Shown one piece after another: positions 15,560 through 25,769 of a DNA stretch of 32,000 nucleotides (the stretch's first letter is position 1; each line of letters opens with the position of its first letter). The translations under genes were made by a program, and so were the position numbers. The stretch is taken from the NCBI RefSeq assembly GCF_000010625.1, contig NC_010296.1, positions 1,170,001 to 1,202,000 on the forward strand. The letters are read 5' to 3'. Under the pieces are notes generated by a model. That model ran no database searches and was not told the DNA's origin. It was given only the letters and a program-made list of their open reading frames with translations. This stretch comes from Microcystis aeruginosa NIES-843 (lineage in GTDB: Bacteria > Cyanobacteriota > Cyanobacteriia > Cyanobacteriales > Microcystaceae).

Positions 15560-16879
15560 ATGAGCATCGATCGCAGAGAGTTTCAGCACCGTCGTCAGCA
15601 AGTAATGGAAAAAATCGGCCATGGAACCGCAATTTTTCGCAGTGCGCCCATGGCGGTCATGCACAATGACGTAGAATACACCTATCGTCAGGATAGTGAC
15701 TTTTTTTACCTGACAGGATTTAATGAACCCGATGCGGTGGCGATTTTAGCACCCCATCACCCCGAACATCAGTTTATCCTGTTCGTGCAGCCAAAGGACC
15801 CAGAAAAAGAAACCTGGACCGGCTATCTCCACGGTGTGGAAGGAGCAAAGGAGATTTTTGCTGCTGATGAGGCCTATTCTATCGAAGAATTGGAGGAAAA
15901 ATTACCCCAATATCTCGAAAAAGCCGAAAGAATTTATTATCATCTCGGACGGGACAAAACTTTTAATACAAACGTTCTTAATCACTGGCAAAAATTAATC
16001 GCCACTTTTCCCCGTCGCGGCACCGGACCGACTGCTTTAGAGGATACTAATTTTATTCTCCATCCTTTGCGCTTACTGAAAACTGCGGCCGAATTGGACA
16101 ATATTCGCAAAGCAACCGCTATTTCGGCCCAGGCACATAATCGGGCCAGAGAATTCACTAAAGTTGGTCACTATGAGTATCAAATTCAAGCAGAAATTGA
16201 GCATACTTTTCGCCTAGAAGGGGGTATGGGTCCTGCTTATCCTTCTATTGTTGCTAGTGGTGCTAATGCCTGTATTCTGCACTATATCAACAATAATCGC
16301 CAAGTACAAGAAAATGAGCTTTTGTTAATTGATGCCGGTTGTGCCTACAATTACTATAACGGTGATATTACCCGCACTTTTCCCGTTAATGGTAAATTTA
16401 CCCCCGAACAAAAAATTATCTATGAAATTGTTCTAGAAGCTCAATTAAAGGCGATTGAGGTGGTAAAAACTGGTCATCCTTATAATCTTTTTCATGACAC
16501 AGCTGTGAGAACAATTGTAGAGGGATTAGTGGATTTAGGGCTATTGGTCGGCCCCATTGATGAGATAATTAAAGAGGAAAAATATAAGCCTTTTTATATG
16601 CACAGAACCGGTCATTGGTTAGGATTAGATGTCCATGATGCGGGAGGTTATAAAGTTAACGAAGAAACTTGGCAAACTTTGCAGCCTGGTCATGTTTTAA
16701 CCGTGGAACCGGGGATTTATATCTCCCCCGATATTAAACCTGCTGAAGGACAGCCGGAAGTGCCAGAAAAATGGCGAGGTATCGGTATCCGTATCGAAGA
16801 TGATGTGTTAGTTACTGCCACAGGAAATGAGGTTTTAACTGCAACGGTTCCCAAAAAAGTTGAGGATATCGAATCTTGA
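15560..16879 (+). CDS. pepP: Xaa-Pro aminopeptidase (M24B)
   Basis: Motifs: LLIDAGCAYNYYNGDITRTFPV, HRTGHWLGLDVHD, GIRIEDDVLVT. ATG 15560 (MSIDRREFQ) is preferred over the in-frame GTG at 15539. Confidence 0.9.
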   Translation: MSIDRREFQHRRQQVMEKIGHGTAIFRSAPMAVMHNDVEYTYRQDSDFFYLTGFNEPDAVAILAPHHPEHQFILFVQPKDPEKETWTGYLHGVEGAKEIFAADEAYSIEELEEKLPQYLEKAERIYYHLGRDKTFNTNVLNHWQKLIATFPRRGTGPTALEDTNFILHPLRLLKTAAELDNIRKATAISAQAHNRAREFTKVGHYEYQIQAEIEHTFRLEGGMGPAYPSIVASGANACILHYINNNRQVQENELLLIDAGCAYNYYNGDITRTFPVNGKFTPEQKIIYEIVLEAQLKAIEVVKTGHPYNLFHDTAVRTIVEGLVDLGLLVGPIDEIIKEEKYKPFYMHRTGHWLGLDVHDAGGYKVNEETWQTLQPGHVLTVEPGIYISPDIKPAEGQPEVPEKWRGIGIRIEDDVLVTATGNEVLTATVPKKVEDIES

Positions 16880-16922
16880 GTAAAAAGCTAGGTGTTAAAA
16901 ATTGTCAGTTTCCCCCTAACCC

Positions 16923-17044
16923 TAGGGTTGATTCATAGTAGGGTTGATTCATAGTAGGGTTGATTCATAGTAGGGTTGATTCATAGTAGGGTTGATTCAT
17001 AGTAGGGTTGATTCATAGTAGGGTTGATTCATGAATCAACCCTA
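16923..17044. repeat. 16-bp tandem repeat TAGGGTTGATTCATAG x6 ending in the 26-bp perfect palindrome TAGGGTTGATTCATGAATCAACCCTA
   Basis: Units start at 16923, 16939, 16955, 16971, 16987 and 17003; the palindrome is at 17019-17044. The array ends 44 bp upstream of the first Uma2 start. Confidence 0.95.
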
Positions 17045-17087
17045 CCCCCCTTAAGGAGATTCAATTAAGTTTTTTCTAGAGATTATC

Positions 17088-17654
17088 ATGATTGCTACCA
17101 AAGAAAAATTATATACCTTTGCGGAATATTTAAATTATCAGGACTCCACAGATAATAAATACGAATTATTTAACGGAGAATTAATTTCTATGCCTCCCGC
17201 TAGTGGCTTTCATGCTTTGATACTTAGATATATATTTAAGGTGTTAGAAAGGGAAATAGAGAGGCTACAATTGGACTGGCAAGTTATGCCTGCTACGGTG
17301 GGAATTCGCACCGATAAAGCTAAATCGAGAATCCCAGACTTAATGATTTTAACTGCTGAACAATGTCAAGAGATTAGAAATATGACCGCAGCAGTGATTG
17401 AATTTACTCCCCTCTTAGTTGTAGAAATTGTTAGCCCCAATAATGCCGACGATGACTACCGTTATAAACGTTCAGAATACGCAGTGAGAGGCATTCCTGA
17501 ATACTGGATTATCGATCCTATTGCTCTAAAAATATCAGTTTTAACCCTGATTTCGGGATTTTATGAACTGGCAGAATTTAATCAGGAAGATAGGATAATA
17601 TCGGTGACATTTCCCGATTTACAATTAACTCCTCAAATGGTCTTTGAATACTAA
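17088..17654 (+). CDS. Uma2-family (DUF820) PD-(D/E)XK endonuclease-like protein, paralog 1
   Basis: 188 aa. Motifs: YELFNGELISMPPASGFH, IPDLMIL, VVEIVSP, DDYRYKRSEYAVRGIPEYWIIDP. Confidence 0.8.
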   Translation: MIATKEKLYTFAEYLNYQDSTDNKYELFNGELISMPPASGFHALILRYIFKVLEREIERLQLDWQVMPATVGIRTDKAKSRIPDLMILTAEQCQEIRNMTAAVIEFTPLLVVEIVSPNNADDDYRYKRSEYAVRGIPEYWIIDPIALKISVLTLISGFYELAEFNQEDRIISVTFPDLQLTPQMVFEY

Positions 17655-17674
17655 AATCTCGGCTGGAGGTTATC

Positions 17675-20265
<2,591 letters not shown>

Positions 20266-21051
20266 AAGCTTAAGATTGGAGCAAATCTGCCGAAGCATTA
20301 AGTAGAGTCTGCGGCAAAAAGTTTTTCGGTGGGGGTAGGGTGTGGGGTGTGGTGCGATTCGTTGGCTAGAAACTAGACAGTAAGACGTTTAGAGGATTAG
20401 CCGCTTGGTAAATGTAGTACCTTGATAACTTTATAACCCTACAGGTGCGGGTTAGTAATAACCTTAGTCCTGTCCTCTAGATGCCTAGAGTGACGGCATT
20501 TCCTGCTGCTTTAGACTTGGTACATCTGAGGTAGTGAGCGAGGAAAAAAAAGCGGTATCTGATAGCCTAAATCAGAAACCCGTTGAGCCAGAACCTATGG
20601 ATAGCCCTGGGGCGAAGATACGAATTAACCATCGTCAACACCCACGAGCCAAAAGGCTGACAGGCTCGAAACAAAAGTTAACAGAGTTGGGGCTGATAGC
20701 TCATACCACTATCAGTAAGGCATTCCCGTTACTCTGTTGTGGACAGTATCATCCTAAGGGTTCAACCAATGGTTATAGGGAACGAAGTAACCCTGATTGA
20801 CTCTGCCCGTTCGGGGCAGTAGGAAACCATCCGCAAGTCAATAGAGGGAGAGGATGTCCTTAAAAGCCAAGGCTTTGAGTAATATCAAAGATATGCTGAC
20901 AAAGGACGGGTAACTAGGAAGTCTAAGCAACAATCAACGGTCATATACGCCCTAAAACCAACAATCTTGTCTGGTGGGGATACAGCCAAGAGGGTTGAAT
21001 AGACAAGGAAATAATAATTCCCATTATTATTCTACTAATGACAGTAGCCTA

Positions 21052-23217
21052 AGCTAAACGGCGCTTAACCTGCATGATCCAACAGCTATAACCCTTTTGG
21101 AGTCTATATCGGTGATCCGAACCCACATTCCGCACCCTCAACTGTCACATAAGCTGTCCCCCGCCAGAGACTTGAGTAAAAATACTTAGCTGGTGAAGGT
21201 TTTCTCGGTGGCCGTTAGGGGGAGCTTGAGACCCCTAATTATGAAAAAATAGGAATTGTTGGAAAACTTAGGCAGTGGGCTGTTCGACCATGAATCAATC
21301 AACAGAAATTGAAGTCAAAAATCTAGACCATCTGGGATTAGTAGCCGGAATTATCGATGAAATAGGAATCGTTGAAATTATCAACGAACAAGTCTCAATT
21401 GAGCGAGGAGAAATTGTCACAGCGGGGCAAGTCGTGAAAGCAATTATCCTGAATGGATTGGGATTTGTCTCCCGAGCCTTGTATTTATTTCCTCAATTTT
21501 TTGAAGATAAAGCAACCGAACATTTGCTGGGAGAGGGCATCGAACCAAAACACCTGAATGATGATAAAATTGGTCGAGTAATGGACAAACTTTATCAACT
21601 TAATGTTTCGGTCATTTTCCTACGGATTAGTTTAGCGGCCGTGAAAAAATTTGGTGTAGCAACCGAGAACTCCCATTTAGATTCGACTTCTCTATCAGTA
21701 GAAGGAGAATATAAAAAGGAATACCCAACAGTAGAAATCCTGAAATCAGGAGCAGTGGGAGAAGAAATTGAAACCAGACAACAGCCAATAAAAATTACCT
21801 ACGGATACTCCCGCGACCGAAGACCTGACTTAAAACAATTTATGATTGACTTAATCGTAAGTGGGGATGGAGATGTACCTTTATTCCTGAAAGTAGGGGA
21901 CGGAAATGAAGCGGACAAAGCGGTTTTTGGTCAAATCGCCCGAGAATTTAAAAAACAAGTTGACTTTGACAGTTTAATAGTCGGCGATAGCGCCCTCTAT
22001 AGCAAAGAGAATTTAAAACTAATGAAAGAAATGCGTTGGTTGTCTCGAGTACCATTAAGCATTAAAGAGGCTCAAGAGTTAGTCGATAGCATCTCAGAAA
22101 AAGAGTTAACCGATTCAGAAATACCGGGTTATTCCTGGCGGGAAACCATCTCTAACTATGGGGGGATAGAACAAAGATGGTTGCTAGTTGAAAGTCAAGC
22201 TAGACAAGAATCAGACTTGAAAAAATTAGAGAAAAAAATCGAGCAGGAAAAGAAAACAGCCCAAGAAAAAATCCGGCAACTATCCCGAAGAGAATTTGAG
22301 AATAGAGCGGTGGCGTTGGCGATAGTCAAAGGATTATCTGACTCCTTAAAATATCATCAGTTAACGGAGATTAAAGTCAATCTCATTCCGCCTGAGTCTC
22401 AGCAGTCAAAACTCAAATCAAAAGACGATTTACCCTCTCAAAGCTATCAAGTTCAAGCCGAATTAGAGTTGAATTTGGCAGCGATTGAGAGGCTCAAGAA
22501 ACGAGCAGGACGATTCGTTTTAGCAACTAACAATTTGGAGAAAAAACGATTAAGCAGTGAGGATATACTCAAAAAATATAAGGGGCAACAAGCTCCAGAA
22601 AGAGGATTTTCTTTTCTCAAAGACCCCTGCTTTTTTGCCCACAGTGTCTTTCTCAAATCTCCCCATAGAATCGAGGTCATGGCCATGCTCATGGGCTTGT
22701 GCCTGTTGGTTTATACTATTGGTCAAAGACAACTTCGTCTGAATTTAAAACAGCAGGAGACGGGACTGAAAAATCAGTTGGGTAAGTTAACTGACCGACC
22801 AACATTACGCTGGATATTTCAGAACTTTCAAGGGATTCATCTCCTACGTATTCAAGACAATCAAAAGATTAGCAACTTAACGGATGAGAGGCGCAACATT
22901 TTGAGATTTTTTCCCAAACCTTGCCAAGAATATTATCTCTTATCTTGACCAGATGGATTGACTTCAAGGGGTGACAAAACAAAGCGAGCAACTGGAACAT
23001 CTCCCCCTAGATGTTAAGTCTGATTGACCGGTCATTCTCAACAAGCACTGTTTATTGAGAATGACCGGGGGAACTCTGAAATTTTCGGCTTAGTTGCCGG
23101 CAGCTTGCCGCCAACTCACTCCTCTAGATAAGTATTTTGACTCGCGCCCCTTCCTCTTTTGAGACGTTGTGACACTTAGGGTGCGGAATGTGGGTCCGAA
23201 GTAAAAGCCGTTTAGCT
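21052..23217 (+). mobile_element. IS1634-like (IS4 superfamily) insertion sequence inside intron copy A
   Basis: Boundaries come from comparison with the uninterrupted copy B, whose empty site is GTAGCC-TA-GTTACT. Outer 11-bp inverted repeat: AGCTAAACGGC / GCCGTTTAGCT. TA is present on both sides (21050-51, 23218-19). Inner perfect 17-bp inverted repeat: 21122-21138 / 23178-23194. Confidence 0.75.
21290..22948 (+). CDS. IS1634-family DDE transposase
   Basis: The N-terminus MNQSTEIEVKNLDHLGLVAGIIDEIGIVEIIN is typical of IS1634-family transposases, and an IS4-type DDE region follows. ATG 21290 is preferred over GTG 21275. Confidence 0.75.
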   Translation: MNQSTEIEVKNLDHLGLVAGIIDEIGIVEIINEQVSIERGEIVTAGQVVKAIILNGLGFVSRALYLFPQFFEDKATEHLLGEGIEPKHLNDDKIGRVMDKLYQLNVSVIFLRISLAAVKKFGVATENSHLDSTSLSVEGEYKKEYPTVEILKSGAVGEEIETRQQPIKITYGYSRDRRPDLKQFMIDLIVSGDGDVPLFLKVGDGNEADKAVFGQIAREFKKQVDFDSLIVGDSALYSKENLKLMKEMRWLSRVPLSIKEAQELVDSISEKELTDSEIPGYSWRETISNYGGIEQRWLLVESQARQESDLKKLEKKIEQEKKTAQEKIRQLSRREFENRAVALAIVKGLSDSLKYHQLTEIKVNLIPPESQQSKLKSKDDLPSQSYQVQAELELNLAAIERLKKRAGRFVLATNNLEKKRLSSEDILKKYKGQQAPERGFSFLKDPCFFAHSVFLKSPHRIEVMAMLMGLCLLVYTIGQRQLRLNLKQQETGLKNQLGKLTDRPTLRWIFQNFQGIHLLRIQDNQKISNLTDERRNILRFFPKPCQEYYLLS

Positions 23218-23449
23218 TAGTTACTCAGGAGCCGGATACGGCGAAAGTCGTAAGTCCGGTTTTGAAGCAGGGGGTGGGAAGGCGACTTCCTGCTCTACTG
23301 TAACGGGTGTGGGGTGTAGGGTTTTACCGATTTTCATCTGCCAGCCCTAATTAATCGGGTAAATAAAAGCTGATAACTAAAAAAACTGATAGCTGATAAC
23401 CCGGGAGAAAATATAATTGTAGCTACCTACCCATTCCTGATTAATTCCT

Positions 23450-23911
23450 ATGGCAGAAGAAACCACCACCCCCGCAACTCCGGCAGCAGAAGCAGCAAAA
23501 CCGGCTCAACCTGCGGCTGCTAAAAAACCCAAGGAGCCTACCGTCGAGGAAAAACCCTTCGCTGAATTTATTGAGCAGCATTTTCAGCCCGCACTGGCGG
23601 CAGCTTTGCAAAAGCTCGGTATAACTGATATAAAGCTGTCCTTTAAACAGGATAAAATTCCCGTGCAGGGCTTTTCTAGCTCTCCCTGTTGGCAGTTAAC
23701 TGGCAATTGGCTCGAGGGAATGCGTCAATTTAGCATTTATTTTTTGGAAGAAAACATCAATGGTAAAAAAGCTTTTTCTCAAGCTGAGGGCGGTGCTCAA
23801 CCTAGTACACTTGAATCATTTATGATCGATGAAAGGAAAGTTAGTCTTGATTTACTGTTGTTTTACACCCTGCAACGGCTTAACGGTCAAAAGTGGTTGA
23901 CTAGAAACTAA
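23450..23911 (+). CDS. Conserved cyanobacterial protein (DUF2996-like)
   Basis: 153 aa with an Ala/Pro/Lys-rich N-terminus followed by KPFAEFIEQHFQPALAAALQKLGI. The family was assigned from memory. Confidence 0.55.
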   Translation: MAEETTTPATPAAEAAKPAQPAAAKKPKEPTVEEKPFAEFIEQHFQPALAAALQKLGITDIKLSFKQDKIPVQGFSSSPCWQLTGNWLEGMRQFSIYFLEENINGKKAFSQAEGGAQPSTLESFMIDERKVSLDLLLFYTLQRLNGQKWLTRN

Positions 23912-23990
23912 AATTGCTGAAGATTAGCGATCGAGAAGGGGGGTAAAATGAGTATAGACGACCACCGCTTATCGATCGCTAATAGTAATT

Positions 23991-24368
23991 ATGCGTGTAT
24001 TTGTACTACTTTTTAACGCAGGCACAGAAAACGAAGGTATCCACACCATTCAAATGGGAGCTATCAATAAGGTGTTGATGTTTGAATCGGAAGATGATGC
24101 CACCCGTTATGCTCTGCTGTTAGAGGCACAGGATTTTCCGACTCCCACGGTAGAGAAAATTGATTCGGAGGAAGTGGCAGAATTTTGTCGCGGCGCCGGC
24201 TATCAAGCGGAAATGATTGAAGCGGGTATGTTAGTAATTCCCCCCGAAAGCAATGCCTCAGAGTTGGATTGGCAAAAAGAGGAAGTCCCCCCCGCCGAGG
24301 AGGAGTTTTCCGAGATTCCCGATGCGGAGTTAGACAGCATCCGTCGTCGTCTAGAAGGACTTTTGTAA
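23991..24368 (+). CDS. DUF3110-like protein
   Basis: 125 aa. The MRVFVLLFNAGTENEGIHTI N-terminus is recalled from DUF3110 proteins of cyanobacteria and plastids. Confidence 0.55.
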   Translation: MRVFVLLFNAGTENEGIHTIQMGAINKVLMFESEDDATRYALLLEAQDFPTPTVEKIDSEEVAEFCRGAGYQAEMIEAGMLVIPPESNASELDWQKEEVPPAEEEFSEIPDAELDSIRRRLEGLL

Positions 24369-24408
24369 TAAACCTCTTGTAAAAATCGAAAATTGTCCTG
24401 CTTGGTTA

Positions 24409-24539
24409 GGAGACAGGAGACAGTAGCCAGTAGTCAGGAGTTCGGAGTCAGAAGACAGGACAATAAATCGGCGTTGTTCCCTGTTCCCTGTTCCCTGACC
24501 ACTGATAACTGATAACTGATAACTGTTCACTGATAACTG
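24409..24539. repeat. STRR-like heptamer repeats (GGAGACA, GTTCCCT x3, CTGATAA x4-5)
   Basis: Direct reading: GGAGACAGGAGACAG at 24409-24423, GTTCCCT array at 24476-24497, CTGATAA array at 24502-24539. The region ends 3 nt before the yraN ATG. Confidence 0.9.
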
Positions 24540-24542
24540 AAT

Positions 24543-24962
24543 ATGACAACCGTGGGGGAATTAGGCGAAAATTTGGTGGCGGATTGGTTGCAATTACAGC
24601 AATGGCATATCCTCCAGCGTCGTTGGCGTAGTGCTGGCGGTGAAATCGATTTAATCGTCTTGTCTAAATCTCAGGCGACTCTCGCTTTCGTCGAGGTTAA
24701 AACCCGCAGTGCTGGCAATTGGGATTTAGGGGGCAAATTAGCGATCAATGACCGTAAACAAGGGAAAATTTACCAAGCTGCCCAGATATTTCTCGCCTTT
24801 TATCCCCAATGGTCTGATTTAAGCTGTCGCTTCGATGTGGCGTTAGTTAGTTGTCAAAAAAGTTCTCTATTAGCTTTACCTGAGTTTTCCCTTGATTATC
24901 CCTGTCAGCTACAGGCAGGTTATCAATTGCAATTACAGGAATATCTCGTGGCGGTTTTCTAA
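24543..24962 (+). CDS. yraN: YraN-family (UPF0102) endonuclease-like protein
   Basis: 139 aa with GELGENLVADWL...GEIDLIV...LAFVEVKTR, the UPF0102 pattern. Confidence 0.8.
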   Translation: MTTVGELGENLVADWLQLQQWHILQRRWRSAGGEIDLIVLSKSQATLAFVEVKTRSAGNWDLGGKLAINDRKQGKIYQAAQIFLAFYPQWSDLSCRFDVALVSCQKSSLLALPEFSLDYPCQLQAGYQLQLQEYLVAVF

Positions 24963-24973
24963 AAACACAATAG

Positions 24974-25000
24974 GCCCGCCTAGGGAGGCGGGCTTCATCT
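24974..25000 (+). terminator. Putative rho-independent terminator after yraN
   Basis: GCCCGCCT-AGGG-AGGCGGGC (8-bp GC-rich stem) followed by TTCATCTT, an interrupted T tract. Confidence 0.5.
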
Positions 25001-25222
25001 TGTACAAACGATATGGACTCCTAAAAAATTAACGGACTCAATACAATAGAGGTTTACAGAACCCACAACAGTCTATCTGTCAACTATCAAGATTCCTCAG
25101 TTTACCGACTCAGGTGCTGATTACGGCTCACTCCATCTGTCCTATATCGAGCAACAGAGGCGAAACCATACTTTACTTTACAAACTTTGAGAATCTGCGT
25201 CCGATTTAGCTGTTGCGTTGAG

Positions 25223-25256
25223 CTAGAGCAGGTGGCACAGGCTCTAGGTCTTTTTG
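25223..25256 (+). terminator. Terminator-like hairpin in a gene-free region
   Basis: CTAGAGC-11 nt-GCTCTAG followed by GTCTTTTTG. Confidence 0.3.
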
Positions 25257-25502
25257 CCTGGAAGGAAGTTGAGTCGCTTCCTTTATGCCTTATGTTTTTA
25301 AGATAACACGTTTGTCAGGACTCGATCGACCTTGTGATTAAAGTTTACACTTATTGATTTTTAGCAAAAATTGCCGTTACAAAACTATAGATAAGTGGCT
25401 GATAGATGTAGATATCTTACAACTAAGAAGAAGGGGAGTAGTAAAAAGCATCGACCGGAGTGGGAAGGAAAGAAATCCAGCGATGAAGGTCAATCGACAA
25501 AC

Positions 25503-25720
25503 CTATGTGTATTGACAGAGGTGATCCCCGGCCTCTTCGATAACTACTTTTGCGGTGGAATTGCGAACAGTAAACCGTTCACCGGCACGACCATTTTCGT
25601 TGAGGAGAGTTTCGAGAGTGCCGTAGTAGGAGGTTTCTTTTACTGCTGCTTGGGAGGAGTGGATTTCTTGCCGGTTGCGAAAATAGTTGACGAGGGGATT
25701 GATAAAAACTGTAGTCTGGA
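25503..25720 (-). pseudogene. Start-less ORF remnant, possibly the N-terminal region of a type IIG/N6-adenine DNA methyltransferase, truncated by a MITE end
   Basis: The minus frame reads ...TTVFINPLVNYFRNRQEIHSSQAAVKETSYYGTLETLLNENGRAGERFTVRNSTAKVVIEEAGDHLCQYT*. There is no start codon. The upstream side runs straight into the repeat at 25721. The ETSYYGTLETLL segment resembles the (E/H)SYRxxLxxLL N-terminal motif of such enzymes (weak, from memory). Confidence 0.3.
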
Positions 25721-25769
25721 TAGGGTTTGCGGCAAAAAGTTTTTTGTGGGGGTAGGGTGTGGGGGTAAA
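25721..25769 (+). repeat. Solo left-end fragment of the TAGGG...GGGGTGT MITE family
   Basis: TAGGGTTTGCGGCAAAAAGTTTTTTGTGGGGGTAGGGTGTGGGGG parallels the left ends at 20303 and 25770. Confidence 0.6.

Larger units (their letters stand above)
20352..23304 (+). mobile_element. ORF-less group II intron, copy A (785 nt of intron sequence interrupted by a 2.17-kb IS)
   Basis: 5' GTGCG at 20352. Canonical 34-nt domain V at 23229-23262 with a GAAA loop. Domain VI-like hairpin at 23266-23294, with an unpaired A at 23297 lying 7 nt from the 3' end (...TAAC, 23304). The two segments 20352-21051 and 23220-23304 are colinear with copy B. Confidence 0.8.
20303..23349 (+). mobile_element. Short MITE-like element (about 95 bp without its passenger) carrying a GGGGTGT array, split by the group II intron
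   Basis: Ends TAGAGTCTGCGGCAAAAAGTTTTTC (20303-) and CATCTGCCAGCCCTA (-23349) are inverted. They resemble the ends and left-end interior of the MITE at 25770-25985 (TAGGGTCTGCTGAAAAAGTTTTTCC...GGGTTTTACCGATTTT). Confidence 0.4.

Noticed and set aside
16923-17044. Possible CRISPR array
   Set aside because: The units are contiguous 16-bp repeats with no spacers, and no cas genes are present. It is a simple tandem repeat ending in a palindrome.
20534-20800. 88-aa ORF (MSEEKKAVSD...), duplicated identically at 28736..29002
   Set aside because: It lies inside domain I of the group II intron, overlapping the proposed EBS2/EBS1 hairpins. It has a GTG start with no SD and an unremarkable basic sequence. 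Its duplication is explained by the intron copies. It is far too small and is not RT-like, so it is not an IEP.
25255-25283. SRP (4.5S) RNA-like CCUGGAAGGAAG motif
   Set aside because: Only the GGAAGGAAG string matches. The AGCA symmetric-loop partner and the long complementary helix 8/5 arms are absent.
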